Shown here: piece after piece, positions 48,149 to 61,490 of the stretch
Position numbering within the stretch: the first letter of the stretch is position 1
Layout of the letters: every line of letters starts with the position of its first letter
Position numbers and translations under genes: made by a program
Assembly: GCA_013239625.1 (NCBI GenBank)
Contig: MU053588.1
Coordinates: forward strand, 2,180,508 to 2,244,507
Reading direction: 5' to 3'
From: Lama guanicoe
Lineage: Eukaryota
Length of the DNA: 64,000 nucleotides
Notes under the pieces: generated by a model
Databases searched by the model: none
What the model was told of the DNA's origin: nothing
The model's input: only the letters and a program-made list of their open reading frames with translations

Positions 48149-49389
48149 TGTCTCCCTGGCCGTGACGCTGTTCCCTGGAGCCTGGAAGAGAGAACAAGGG
48201 GAGAGTGCCTATGAGTTGCCGCCGGCAAAGTGTCTGTCCCTCTCTCGCTGCCTGTCTTCTGCCTGCCAGAGGAGAGTTCCTGGGCTGGGGGCTCACCGCC
48301 CAGGAATAGCCTGGAACAGCTGCCAAGAAGTCAGCCTGGGGCAGAGCTGCCACCACAACTATCACTTCTGCCTGGGACAAGGCCCAGGGACAGCGAATGT
48401 CCACAGCGCCAGTCCCACACACCTCCAACGTCTCTGGCTGGGATAAGGGAGGGACAGAAAAAGGACATCCCCTGCCCGAGACTTTAACCATAAAAAGCCA
48501 TCCATTCATCTGTTCAAAAACCACTTCCTGAGAACCTACTGTGTGTGAGGCACTGCTCCAGGAGCCAGGAATTTTGAGGTGAACAAAAACCCAGAGCTTG
48601 GCACCTAGTGGGGACCCAGGAAAGGGGGAGACAGACAGTCAACAAGCAAAACACTGGACAGTATCAATATCATGTGTCAGAAAGCCCTGAGCATCAGGGA
48701 GGAAACGTGGAGAGCCTGGGAGGGAGGGCTGGCCATTCCCAATGGACGGTCAGGGAAGAGCTCTCTAAAGTGATGTTTAGGGACCCAAAGGCGGTGGAGG
48801 GGTGAGCAGTGCAATTTTATAGAGAAAGAGTGTTCCGGGAGAAGGTACAGCAAGTCCAGTGCCCTGAGTCAGGAGAGCATCTGGCACGTCTGCAGGGCGG
48901 CAGGCAGCCTGTGGGGTGGCGGTGGAGAGAGTGGGGAGGCGGATGAGAGCAGCTGAGGGCAGAGAGGTGGGGCACCAGTCAGGAGGGGCCCCAGAGAAGA
49001 AATGGAAAACCAGTTTTCACCGAGATGAGATCAGCGGGTACCAGAAAGCTGATAAAGACATATTAGCATCAACGGTGACGTTCTCCTAGGCGTGAACAGC
49101 AGTGTTGAACGAGAACTCAAAGAAATCATTTCCTCACCTGATGATTTGGTGCTATCTGACTCCAGGACTACCTGGCCCACACTTCCCACCCTAGCCCTCC
49201 TCCTCCTCTCCTCCTCTGGTCCTCATCCTTCACTCAGCTCCCTTCTGTCTGCTCCAGCCCCCAATTCTGATCCTTCTCGTCCAGCCTGCCTCCACCTCCT
49301 CTCCAGGGCAAAGAAGGCCCCTGGCCAGCCCCTATCTACCTACCATCACCCACAATCTGCCCCTTCCCACCCTACACCCCCATTTGATG

Positions 49390-49630
49390 GTATAACAGAG
49401 ATGGTAAAAGAGTAAGGACTCTGGAACCAGACTTGCAGGGTTCAAATCTGGCTCCACCACCTACTAGCTGTGTGATCTTGGCAAGTTACTTCACCAGTCA
49501 GGCCTCAGTGTCCCCATCTGTAAACTGGGATGATACACACAACTTACCTTAGAGGACTGCTGTGAGGGCTGCATGAGCTTCTATGGACAAAGCACTGGAG
49601 AGAGCCTGGTGTGTACTAAGTACTCTACAA
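49390..49630 (+). mobile_element. MIR SINE (one of many MIR fragments)
   Basis: ggactctggaaccagac...gggttcaaatc...ctagctgtgtgatcttggcaagttactt...cctcagt...catctgtaaa core. Confidence 0.8.
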
Positions 49631-50488
49631 GTGCTGGCTCTTCTTCCCTGCCAGGCCTCCCTCCGCAGCCTTCCCACTAGCATCCAAGGGCTTCACCTGC
49701 CTCCCACATTTCACACAGAAAGCCACCTGTGCCTGGAATGCTTCCTCCTCCTGTCCCCCTGGCAAGCTCTCCTTCATTCTGCTTGACTGCCACCTGCTTT
49801 GTGAAGCTTTCCCAAAGTCCCCAGATGTGAGACTCTCTCCGCCACTCTCAACGAGGGTGATGAACATGACCACAGACATCACCCCACCCTGTACATGGCT
49901 CCAGAGATCCCCTTTCCCTTCTGGATTTTACCAGTGGACAAAGACAACACAACCAGCACCTCTCAAAGAGCAAGGGAGGGAGGGGCTTCGGTAAATCAGA
50001 CAGAACAACGACTCCTCACATACCAAGCACTCGCTGTGTGCCGGGACCAGCATCAGGCATCATGTTGGTGCCTCACAACCTCCCCGTGTGTGAGGACTAT
50101 AATTAGCTCCATTTTAATCAATGGAAAAAACCGACTCATTGTGGTGCAGTCATTTGCCAAATGCCACATCTAGCAAGCAGCTTTACTAGGATTCAAAAAC
50201 AAGTTCTCCCTGATTCCAATGCCCATGCAGTAGCTCCTGCCGCATGTTTATGTGCCAGGCACTGAGTACGTACACATCACAGTGACTCCTCACAACCACC
50301 CGCCGTAAAAAGTAAAAATGCTATCCACGTTACAGAGGAGAGTAGCAGGCCCAAGGTCACACAGCAAGTAACTGCAGAGCCAGGACTTGAACCTAAGTCA
50401 GTCCAATGGCTGCAATTAACACTGGTCAAGAGATTGCTATGAGCCAGGCACTGTGGTCTGTCTTCACAAAGTCTCAGTTAATACTTAT

Positions 50489-50597
50489 GGGGTGGGTGGG
50501 TATAGCTCAGTGGTAGAGCACATGCTTAGCATGCACGAGGTCCTAGGTTCAATCCTCAGTAAACATTAAAAAAATAAATAAATAAAACTTATTTAAA
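50489..50597 (+). mobile_element. tRNA-derived camelid SINE (Vic-1-like)
   Basis: gggtatagctcagtggtagagc...ggttcaatcc; TSD aatactta. Confidence 0.87.
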
Positions 50598-51897
50598 AAA
50601 TACTTACTAGAAGCCTTTAAGTCCTGGAATCTTCCCACTACAGCTGCAGAATTCCCTGCTGGATTCAATTTCCTCTCTCCATCATTAAAAGCCCATCTCC
50701 AGTGCTGAATTTCTGAATAGTGGAAATTGTATAACATTAATAATAGAAAAATGATAGCTCCCAAAATCCAAGTAATTACCATGGACCCTTAGAAGGCTTG
50801 ACCCTAAATGGTGATTTTACCACTTCCTAACCCTGACTCTGCGGCAAGTGGCTTAACCTTTCTGGATCTCATTCTCCTTAACTATAAAATAAGAATGTTA
50901 GGAGTTACTGTACATCAACTATACTCCAATAAAAAAAATGCTAGGTGTATCTATTCTTAAAGTGCTTAGTGGGATTAAATGAGTTCATAAATGCCAAGCC
51001 CACAGAACAATGCTCAACCCATTATGTATATGCGCATTAAATAAAATAAATGTATCTTCAGTGAGTTAGGGAAAGGGTAGACTTGCAACTGAGTTGATGT
51101 CAGTCATGGGCAAAATGTGAACTGAGAACAGAGGGTAACTTGACAGGATCCATGGTATCTGACAACATGGCATCACATAATACAAGTTATTCCCTTTTCA
51201 ATTCTTTCAGTTTCTGTCTACAGTATAATAGACCGTTCTGCTTCCGTTCTTGGAGTTCAGTTTAAGTTTCCCTTCTTCTCATAGCCAGCAATGTAGTTTT
51301 CCATTAGGGTAGCAATACAAATTTCCTTTCTCAAATGGATTAACTGAAGGAAAATGCATCAGTGGTTGAAAGAAAAAGGAGAACCTAATACTATGGGATT
51401 TGGTAAAACTGGTCAAATAGTGGCAGGATGTCGATTTGCCTAACTCCAGATTCCAAGTTTTTCCTGTTCCTGTCCCTGAGCTTCCTCCTCCTCTCTACCT
51501 CTCTGTCTACACCAATGACTCTCAGAATCATTATTATAGTCCCAATCTATTAAGCTCCTACTCAATACTGTGCTAGGCCCTGTGTTAAAGACTTTACACG
51601 TACACTTCATCAGCATCCTCACAATGACTCTGCTATTGGGACTATTAGCCCTCATTGTATAGGAAAACGAGGTTCTAATAGGTGAAGGCATAGGTCCACT
51701 GCCACAAAGTGGAGCTAGGACTTGAACTGAAATCTCTTGGCCCCCAATTTCATGCTCCCACACCCAGATCTTCCACATCAAGCGCAAACATCATCATCAA
51801 TACTAACAATAACAGTATAGTAACTAAGTGAGCAGTGTGCCAGGTGCTGTGCTAGGGGCTCCAACATGCACGAGCTGACTTCTCACTCCAGCCCATA

Positions 51898-51935
51898 AAG
51901 ATGATGCTATAGTCAGAAGATGATGCTATAGTCAG
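51898..51935. repeat. 19-bp tandem duplication
   Basis: aagatgatgctatagtcag x2, exact. Confidence 0.92.
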
Positions 51936-52097
51936 ATTCTGACCCCCATTCTACAGAGGAGGAAACTGAGGTTCAAAGAAAGAAGTCACTCGTCCAGAGC
52001 CGCACAGAAGCGCCAGGACTGACTTTGGAACCCCGGATGCCATTCATCCCCACCTCATCCAGCCCAGTCCCACCAACGTCCCGGACCCGCGCCTCAC

Positions 52098-52225
52098 CTG
52101 GCCCTCCGGGCCCGCGCCCACTCGCGCCGCCCGCCCAGTCTCCCGGCGGCGCCAACTGTCAGACCCTCCTCCCTCGGCCCGGCAGCCCGCCCCGGAAGCA
52201 CCGCCCTCGCCGCCGGAAGCCGGGC
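52098..52225 (-). other. C19orf47: C19orf47 non-coding exon 1 (TSS approximate)
   Basis: GGGCCAG|GTGAGG donor at 52097 on the minus strand in the CpG island, upstream of the ATG exon. Confidence 0.75.
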
Positions 52226-52439
52226 TGACCTGTCGCCCCGCGGCCGCTCTAGCCCGCAGGAGAGCCACCAGCGAGAGCGCAGCCGCAACCCTCCTGTGAC
52301 CGCCTGCCGTCTCCCAGGCGCTTCCCTCCGCCCCGCGCTGGCGAGGAGCGCGGCCAATAAAGAAGGCAGTTGCCTGGCCCCCGCCAGCCGCAGTCCGTCC
52401 TGAGTGCGCCTGCGCGCGGCGGGGGCGGTCGGGCGGGGC

Positions 52440-52496
52440 TCCAGCCCAGAAGGTTCGCGCAGGGCTGGGTCCCGGAGTGGGAGCCGTGGAGCGCAG
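52440..52496 (+). other. PLD3: PLD3 non-coding exon 1 (start approximate)
   Basis: GCGCAG|GTAATG donor at 52497 downstream of CCAAT, NRF1 and GC boxes. Confidence 0.7.
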
Positions 52497-53910
52497 GTAA
52501 TGTGCTGTCTGGGGGTGCGGCGCCTCGGCTGCCCTCCTCGTGTTGTCCTTCGTCTGTAATGTATCTCTCCTCTTACATCGTCTTCTGGCCTTTTATGTCG
52601 CCATTCCTCCCCTTTTGTTGCATCCTGCTTAAATGGTTACCACTCCCCTTATGTCGCCATCTCCCTCCTTAAGTCGCTATCAACCTCTTAACAAGATTTC
52701 GTTCCCTTTAAGCCCTCATTGCCACCAAATGTCGCAACCGCCGCACTTTAAGTCGTCGCCTTCTCATGTCGCCTGCACCCCTCTTTCATTGCTGTTACTC
52801 CTTTATGAAGTCTTAACTTCTCATGAATTGTCATCATACCCTCGTGTCACCTTCGCACTCCTCCTGTCACCATTTCCTTAAATCGAACTCATGCTTCCCG
52901 TATGTCATCCTCACCCCATGTCTCCTTCCCTCCCTGTCACCTTTGCTTCTCTGGTGGTTACTGTCGGTGCCTAATGCGTCTAGTTTTCCTCATAAGGAGC
53001 CACCCTGCTTTACGTTTGTTTTTCTTCCCTTCATGTCTTCATCATTTCCCCGTGTCACCTCACATACTGGCCACCATACTGGGTACTACAGCCGTTACCC
53101 AGGGTGTGCCTTGACCACCTAATCAAACCTTTGCAATCTCAGCTTCCTCATTTGTAAAGTGCCCAAGGACACCTATGTCAGGGATGAGTGTGAGGATTCA
53201 GTGAGCTTATTCTTGTGATATGCCCTGCTTGATGTGGCGATTTGGGCTAATATTATCAACCATCTCACCCTCATCACCTCCTCATTGTCACTCTCCCCCT
53301 TCCCCCCAGCTGCCCTCATCATTCCTGTGGTGTCATCACACTCCCCGTATCCTGACATGCTCTGCCATGGCAGCCAACCCACGCTGCCCCACATCACGAT
53401 CTCCATGTTGTCCTCACCTCTGCCACGTCACCACACCTGAGGGGGTGGCCCATCAGCCATCACGAACCTTGCTCACGTGAATACTTAATGCCTATCTCTT
53501 TATCTTGTTGGATTCAGTGAATCCCCACCCCCCAAACTGAGAGCATTTAGCCATGGCAGGAGTCAAGGAAGGCATGCTGAGGGGAAGACTATAGGTAGCT
53601 TAGGCCCAGCCTTCCCTTGAGTTGTAGAATTAGGGGTACAGAGAGATGAGGCAGGTTTCACCACACCTTAGTCAAACCTCAGCAACCCTGAATCCCCATG
53701 TAGAAAGGTAAGTATCTTAGTCACTCACCTTGCCTTAGCATGGCAGTGGAGGATAGTCATTAGCCATGTGTGCTTGGGGCCTGGAACAGTCTGGTTCCAA
53801 TCTTGGTTCTAGCATTTAGTACTTAAACAGTTGCATGACCTTGGGCAGAGGTGGCTTAAGGTTCCTGTGCCTCAGTTGCTACATGTGCAACCTGAGAATG
53901 AAAATGCAAG

Positions 53911-54600
53911 TTATTTATTCAGCAAATATTTATTAAGCATGATCTACATACATGTTCAACCCTGTGCTGGGCATTGGAGACACATCAGTGAACAAAACAG
54001 AGGCCCTTAGGGGGACAATATAGCTCAGTGGTAGAGCAGATGCTTAGCATGCATGAGGTCCTGGGTTCAATCCCTAGTACCTACTTTAAAAAATAAATAA
54101 CCTAATTACCTCCCCCCAAAACGAACAAAATTGTTTTAAAAAATTAAATATATATTTAAAAAAAAGATCCCTTGCCTCATGGAGTTTACATTCTAGCCTG
54201 GGTAGGAGACAATAAGCAAACAGGTAAGTAGATCATATGATGTGTTAGAAGGGACGTGGGGAATGCAGAGGTTGTAGTTTTAAGTAGGGTGGTCAGGGAA
54301 GGTTTTCTGAGATGGTGACATTTGAACAAAGACTTGAAGGAGGGGAGAGTGACATGGCTATCTGGGGGAACAGCATTCTAGCAGAGAGAACGCAGATGAA
54401 AAGGCCCTGAAGTAGGAGAATGCATGGAATATTTAAGGAATAGCAAGGAGGCCGGTGAGGGTGGAGAGGAGTGGGTGATGAGGTTAGAGGAGTGATGGGG
54501 CAGATCCTCTGGGGTCTCATGGGCTGTAGAGAAGACTTTGGCTTTATTCTGAGTAAGGTGGGAGGATTTGGAGGAGAAAAGGGACATGATCTGATGTGAC
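53911..54600 (-). mobile_element. L2 3' fragment interrupted by a SINE
   Basis: ttattcagcaaatatttattaagca...gtggtcagggaagg...gtgacatttgaacaaagacttgaagga. Confidence 0.8.
54009..54160 (+). mobile_element. tRNA-derived camelid SINE (Vic-1-like)
   Basis: tatagctcagtggtagagc...cctgggttcaatccc, cctaattacctcccc tail; approximate TSD agaggccctt / agatccctt. Confidence 0.87.
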
Positions 54601-57600
54601 GTGATATGACCTGAAGCAGCAGCAGCAGCAGCTGGAGAACTTCTACCAAGAATGGATTGGCAAGAGCAGCCTGGTTGGAAGGAGAGCCAGAGTCCTCTTC
54701 TTAAAGCTGCCCTCATATATCCTTTATATTTGGAGAAAGCCTTAAATGTCCCTCTCAAAGATTCGGAAGGGGAGGGGATGTTCATAGAGGTTTTGAGAGA
54801 CCAGAGCCACCACTGGGTTCAGCCACTATAGGGGAGGGAGGGAGGGTGCCACAAATCTACAGATGTTCAACAACAGAAGAGGCATCTTGTCTACACCCGG
54901 GACCCTAAGGCAGCTTGGGCTCAAATCCTGGCTCCACCATTTCCTGGCTATGTCCCTTTTTGCCAGTGACTTAACCTCTCTGGGTCTTTAGTTCCTTTAT
55001 CTGTTCAGTGGGGCTAAAAAAAATACTGTTGTGAGAATTGAATATATCAAGTGTTTTGAGCAGCACCTCCTTCAATAAACATAAAGAGCCCTACCCTTTC
55101 TACCACATCCTGTCTTTTCACAGGCTCAGGCCTCCCTCAGGGTGGCAAGGAGAAGACATTCTGCCTTACTTTGTGTTCATGAAATGGTTCCACAGTGTAG
55201 CATCCTGGAACAGAACTGAGCTCTGGGTTCAAATTCCCAGCCAACAAATGACCTGAGCAGTGATTGTCCCTGAAAAACAGGGATAATGATGCTTGTTTGC
55301 CCCAGATGTGTTGTTATTTTTGAACTAACATCAACCATTTTCAATTGTGATGCAACTCTTCCCTTCCCCTGTTTTATTTTTCTCCAAGGCATATACTGTA
55401 TGTTTCACTCATTTATCTGTTGTCTCACTTCCTCAAAGGAATTTCTTCCTTCTGGGGGATTTTTTTTTGTTTTTTTTCTGTTTTGTGCTGTACCTCCATT
55501 TGCCAGACAGGGCTTGTCAGCAATAGTCACTGAATAAATACTAGTTGAAATGAATACATGAATGAATGGGCCACTGAGCATCTGCCAAGTACTGTCCCTG
55601 CACTGCGTGTTACTGGGGACTCAGCAGTGACTGAGCCGGCCCTGCCCTCATGGGTTTCACAGTTCAGTGGGAGAAACGGACCCATTACCAGGCAGTGACA
55701 GCCCAGTGTGGTCAGAGCCAGGCTGGGGGCAGCATAGGTGGAGGGATCTGGGCTGGGATGCAGAAGCCCAGGAGACTGCCAGAGGCCAAAGAGAGTGCCT
55801 GGGTCAGCCAGGGGGTCAGGGAGGGCTTCCTAAAGGAGGTGGTACACAAGAGGATAGGAATGAGCAACATGAAGAGGAGAAAAGGCTATGCTAGGCAGGA
55901 GGGGCAGCTGTGAGCGGGTTTGGTGGTAAAAGTGTGGTTTCAGTTCAAGGAACTGAAAGATAATTAAGTATGGCCAGGCCATCAAGGATGGTAAGAGAAT
56001 AAGCCCAACAGGTTATTAAGGGAAGATCATTTGGGGCCCTGGGAGCCACAGTGAGGAGCTGAGACTTTATCCTGTGGACACTGGGGGGCCACAGGGATTT
56101 TTTGAGCAGAGTCAGACTTGGATAGAGAGGAATTGGAAGGGTTGAGTGAAGCCTGGGAGCCAAGGGTGGTGACCGGAGTGGGGACTCAGGTGGGAGAGGC
56201 CAGACTGAGGCCGTGGATGGGAGAGAAAGAGGGTGGGTAGGAGAGACTTGGGGAAGCCAAATGGATAAGTTAGTTATGGGGCATCCAGGACAAGGCCCAG
56301 AACTCCGGTGGGGTCAGGGCTTTCTGGAGGAGGTAACACACAGGCTAAGACCTGAAGAATGGGTAGGACAGCTGTCCTTGAAATGGGGAGCTGTGGGGAG
56401 GAGCAGGTTTGGGAGAGATGCTAAGGGCAGTTGAAGACATGGGTATAAGGGGCTTAGGGATAGCCGGGGGGAGGTATCTAGGAGGTCATAGACTTCCAGA
56501 GCTGGAGTTTGGGGGAGAGGTGAGAGTCGGAGACAGCTTTGGAGTCAGAAAGGAGAACTGAAGCTGTAATGATGGGGCAGGTCTGCAGGGGCCTGTCCAT
56601 ATAGGGCCCAAGAGGACATGGTAAGATGGTTGCACTTTGTCCCAAAGGCAATGGGGAGCCACAGGGGTTTTAAGTAAGGGTGGGACAGCTTAGATTTTAG
56701 AGTTCCAATTTAGAAATTGTCACCATTTGTGATGGAGTGTTTTTGTTATTTTTGCTTTTTACTTAACTTTTTCATACCAAGCATCTTCTCTTCCTCAAAA
56801 GGGCATTTAGAAATAAAGGGGTCCTTTGAAATAAAGGTTCTACTGCTAAAAAGAAAACAAAGTTTACAAAACCAGTGCTCTGTTCTGTTTCCTGTAGACT
56901 TGACCACAGGCAATTGATTGTTCAGTCCAAAGGGGTCTGTGCAATCAAGTGAAAATCAGCTCCTTTAAACACAAGAACATTTCTGTTTTGGGCCATATGG
57001 AAGGTCCAAGGGTTTGTAAATGTTTCCTGAGGTGTGGCCTGTCCAGTGCTTCCTGTGTGCTGCAGCAGTTAATTGGCCCCACACCCTCCTTTGCACTCCA
57101 GATGGCTTGAATGAACCTGGAATTGACCTTGAATTTTACTGTCAGGCTGAGATGCCATTACCTGCACCTATCCTATTGCTCTGGGCTCAGAACACAAGCC
57201 ACTTATCATTGTGTATGAATCAAGTGTCACTGGATCTGGAGAGACATCTAAGGAGGGCTTTCTGCTGCTTCATTTCTTCTGTTTTCAATAAACATTTATT
57301 GAGTGGTTACAATGTACTGGTGTGGGGTGGAGGAATAAATTAGACATAGACTTAGGTTTTCAAGGGACACATACAAGTCTATCTGTGATAGAAGTGTGTA
57401 CAGGGTACTAGGGGACACACCTCACCCGCCAGCTTGTACCAGGTGTTTACTGTGCTACCTGCCTGCCATGGATGGTTTCATTGACGCTTCCTTGCAAATG
57501 TGAGGTTGGTATTTTAGTTTCCCCATTGTTCTGAGAATGGAAGTGAGGCTCAGAGAAGGAAGCCTCTTCTCCCAGGAACACACAGAGCTGAGAGCTGAAC

Positions 57601-58815
57601 CCAGGGCTTTGGGACTGCCAGACCCTCCCCCTTAAACCATTCAGAGATCCCCCAGCCACCGCTCCCCAGACGCTCCCCAGACGGGTGTAAGATGATCCTC
57701 CTTTTATAGATGAGGCCAGCAGGGCTCAAATAAGTAAAGCCCCATATGTGAGGTTACTCAGTAAGAAATTGATAGAGGTGGGATTTGAACCCAGGACTCT
57801 CCACTCCAAAGTACTGCTGTGGAACAGGGGTCAAATATCCTACCCCCACCCCCACCAGAGGCGGAGTGTTCAGGGAGCTGTGACCCAACACGTGTCTCAA
57901 AAGCCCAGTGGGTTTTGCTTCCTCCTTTTTCTGTGGACTGTGATGTCACACCCCAAGTCAGCAGGGCACAAGCCAAGGGGACAGGGCATAAGGGCCAGCC
58001 TGGACATTGCACTGGAGCCCTGGAGTGGGTTCCCAGGAACTGAGATGAGCAGAGAATGCCAGCCAGGCTCTGTCTGTGCCCGGCTGCCCGTGCCCACCTT
58101 CCATTTCATCCTGCCCACTCCCCCTAGGGAGCTGGGGTTGGGGGTGCTGGATACTTCTCCAGCTGAGGCCACAGTCCTTTGTGGAGACTGGGATGTTGGG
58201 GAGGGGGCCCCCAACTTTTAAAGATAGTAAATGAAGGCCTATAATAAAAAGCAACCATCTTGCCTGGGCAAGGGTGGGGAGGATGGAGGCAGAGGGAACC
58301 ATGCCTTTTTTTCTTTTGGGCTTATAGGATCCTTCACGCAATCATTTATTGAGGACCTCCTGCATGCTCATTCTATGCACTTGATAGGTATTAATTCCTT
58401 TAGTTTGAAGGAGCCATTTGGATAGATTTTAGACATCTCAGATTTTACATATTCAAACACATAAAAATGTATTTACTATTTAAAAATACATATATTTCTG
58501 ACCTTTTCCCCAAACTTAACTCCTCACTCTTCCCCAAATCAGCTGTTGGTGTCTCCATCCTTGCAGATGCTTAGATCAGAACCCTTGGAGGCCTCCTGGC
58601 CTCCTTTCTTCACTTGGAATCTGTGTCCAGTCTGATTAGAAATCCCATCAGCTCCACCTTCAGAATGCAACCCAGACTGTATCTACTCTTCTCCCCTTGG
58701 TTGCCCACCCCCTAGTCCTGTCCACCCTTTCTCCTCTTGTCCTCTCATGCCCCTGCACACATGCACACAGCCCCCAGTCTGTTCCTGACACAGCCAGGGG
58801 GAGCCTGCAAACGCT

Positions 58816-59246
58816 TGTGTTAGTTTCCAGGGGCTGCTGTAACAAAGTACCACAAACTGCGTGGCTCAAAAAGACAGATTTATTCTCTCACTGTTCTGGA
58901 GGCCAGAAATCCAAAATCAAGGTGTTAGCAGGGCCGTGCTCCCTCCAGAGGCTTTAGGAGAGATTCTATTCCCTGCCTCTCCCAGATTCTGGTGGCTCCA
59001 GGCATACCTGGGTTTGCAGCCGTGTCATTCCAATCTCTGCTTCCCTAGTCACATGGTCTTCACTTCTGCCTCTTTTACAGAAACTTGCCTTTGGATTTAG
59101 GGCCCACTCAGGTAATCCAGAATAATCTCATCTCCATATCCTTGATTTAATTACGTCTTCAAAGACCCTTTTTCTAAATAAGGTCACATTTATAAGTGCC
59201 AGGAGTGATAATCACATCTGACATAACCTTTTTCGAGGCCACCACA
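58816..59246 (-). mobile_element. MLT1 (ERVL-MaLR) LTR nested in an L2 fragment (about 58490-59780)
   Basis: tgtgttagtttcc...gctgctgtaacaaagtaccacaaact...ttctggaggccagaaatccaaaatcaaggtgt; L2 text resumes on both sides. Confidence 0.85.
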
Positions 59247-61490
59247 TTCCCTCCTCTGCTCAGAACCTGCACGATGGCCCCTATCCTTCTTGCCACAGTC
59301 CATGTAGCCCTACATGATCCGGTCCTGTCACCTCTCTGACTACGTCCTTTCTCTCCCTGCCCCCCACCTCACCATTCCACTACTGACACACTGGCTTCCT
59401 TGCTCTTTCCAGTCTTTATTAGGCATACTCCTGCCTCAGGGCCTTTGCATTGGCTGTTCCGCTGCTTAGATCATTCTTTCCTGAGATTTTCATGTAGCTC
59501 CCTTCCTCCCCTCCTTGAAGTTTTTTCCTCAGGTATCCCCTTCTCAGGCCTTCCTTGACCTCCTTATTTAGAATTGCAAGCAATCCCAACCCTACCCTGA
59601 CCCTTGTCCCTCTTCCCTGAGTCTCAGTAGCATTTATTACCTTCTAACATTTAGTTGATTTCCTAACTTCTTTCTTTCTGTCTTACTTCATGTCTGTTTT
59701 GTTCACAGTGATAACCCAAGTACCTAAAACAATACCTGCTGCACAGGTACTCAATAAATGTATGCAAAATGAATGAACAGCCTTGTGAAGAGTAGGCACT
59801 ACTGTTACCATGCCCATTTTACAGATGGGAAAGCCAAGGCACAGATGCATTGTCACTTCTCTGAGGTCAGTCACATACAGATTGAGGCTCATTAAAATCA
59901 GGCATCTGGCTCTGGAAGCCGCAGTTTTAACTGCCTCACCAGCGTAATCCAATCCACACCGCCTCTCCAGTCCTAGCTTTCTTTTTAAATACCTTAAGTG
60001 GATTGCTTTGATAAAAATATAACAAGTCAAAATTAAACCCATCTTTACAGACCTGTCATCACTGCATAATTTGAGAGGCAAAAGGTCGCTAACAAATTGA
60101 ATGAAATCCGTCTATTTTCTTCCTATTTTTGGTTTATTAGTGGCCATCCCAGTTCCAGGAATCCTTGTATCTAGTCCCAATCCTCACAGTTTTGTTTTTA
60201 TCTTAGCTTCCCTAATGTTCCATCATCTGCTGTTCCAACCCTATATTCTTAAAACATTTTTCACCAAGGCTTTCACAAATAGATAAATAAAAGGCAGACT
60301 TGTTTCCCCACCCCACGCCCCCACCCCAACATTGCGGTCAGCCACATCTAAGACATCATCTGCTTCCCTTGGTGACCTCTGGAGTTCCAGATAACCTCAG
60401 TCTGTTGCTATTTCTTGCTGGATCCATTTGACCCACCCCCATTTGGTGGGCTCCCTGCAATGAGAGAAGTGGACCTAGGAGGTATCTTCTGCCCTTGACA
60501 ATCTGGGATCAGATGTTGCGGGGGGAGGGGTTTCCAAATTATCCTTTCAGATCTAGGCTGGATATTGCAGTAAGGGGAGAACCTAGCTCCCTTTTGGAAT
60601 TTTCTTTTTTCCTTCTTTCTTTAAATCACGTTAATGCATGCGCGTGATTGATCCTTAAACGTGACAAAACCTGGGACGTGCAACACCTGTGTTCACTTTA
60701 TAATTATTTTTTATCCTGCGCAGAGATGTTTTCTCTACTTTTCTGTAAGTCGTTTATATTTCACAAGTTTAAAAAAAGGGAAGCGGTGTACAATAAAAAG
60801 CAATCCTGACCCACTCCCAAATCCCGCTGCCAGGGCAACCGCTTCTGACGCTGTTGCTTCTCTCAATATAATCCTTTTCTGCATTTGTCTGTTGACTTCC
60901 TGTCTGGATGTGCGGAAGGGATCTTGCCCCTCTTTCACTGAGAGAGGTGGTTAGGGAGGAGTCCTCCAGTTTATTTCTCCAGCTGTGGCCTTAAACCCGG
61001 CTTCGGAGATGGGAGGTGGGAAACCCTCCTTATCCCTCCAGCCAGAGCCTGGATTTAAGAAACAAAAGTTCAAAAATCCCTATCAAAATGTCAGTTGGCT
61101 TTTCTTTTTTTTAAATCAAATACTGACTGCAATTCAAACAGACTCCAACGGAACACCCACCATCTCCTTCCCCCACCCGGCTCGTCCCCTCCCGTAGCGT
61201 GGGCTGTGTCTTCTAAGCTGATTTTATCGCTACATCTCTACATCATGTTATTACCCCTTGATCATTCCATTGTATTTTATAATTTTTAAAATCATTAATC
61301 TTATTTATGTATTTATTTCTGACTAGTTAATACATGCCTATGGTACAAAAGTCCACAAGATTTGTGGACGAGAAAAGATGTGGGATTTTCTCTCTTTACC
61401 TGTGGCCTCCCTAACCCACATGGGGGTCTCTAGAGTGGAGTGTAGCAAAGCCGATCGCTCAGCCATGTACTCTCCCCCTTCCCCGGCCAG

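Larger units (their letters stand above)
52000..52540. promoter_or_regulatory. Bidirectional CpG-island promoter for C19orf47 (-) and PLD3 (+)
   Basis: Divergent donors at 52097 (-) and 52497 (+); tandem ETS/GABP CCGGAAG at 52192 and 52213; CCAAT 52354-52358; NRF1-type TGCGCCTGCGC 52405-52415; GC boxes about 52421-52438. Confidence 0.88.
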
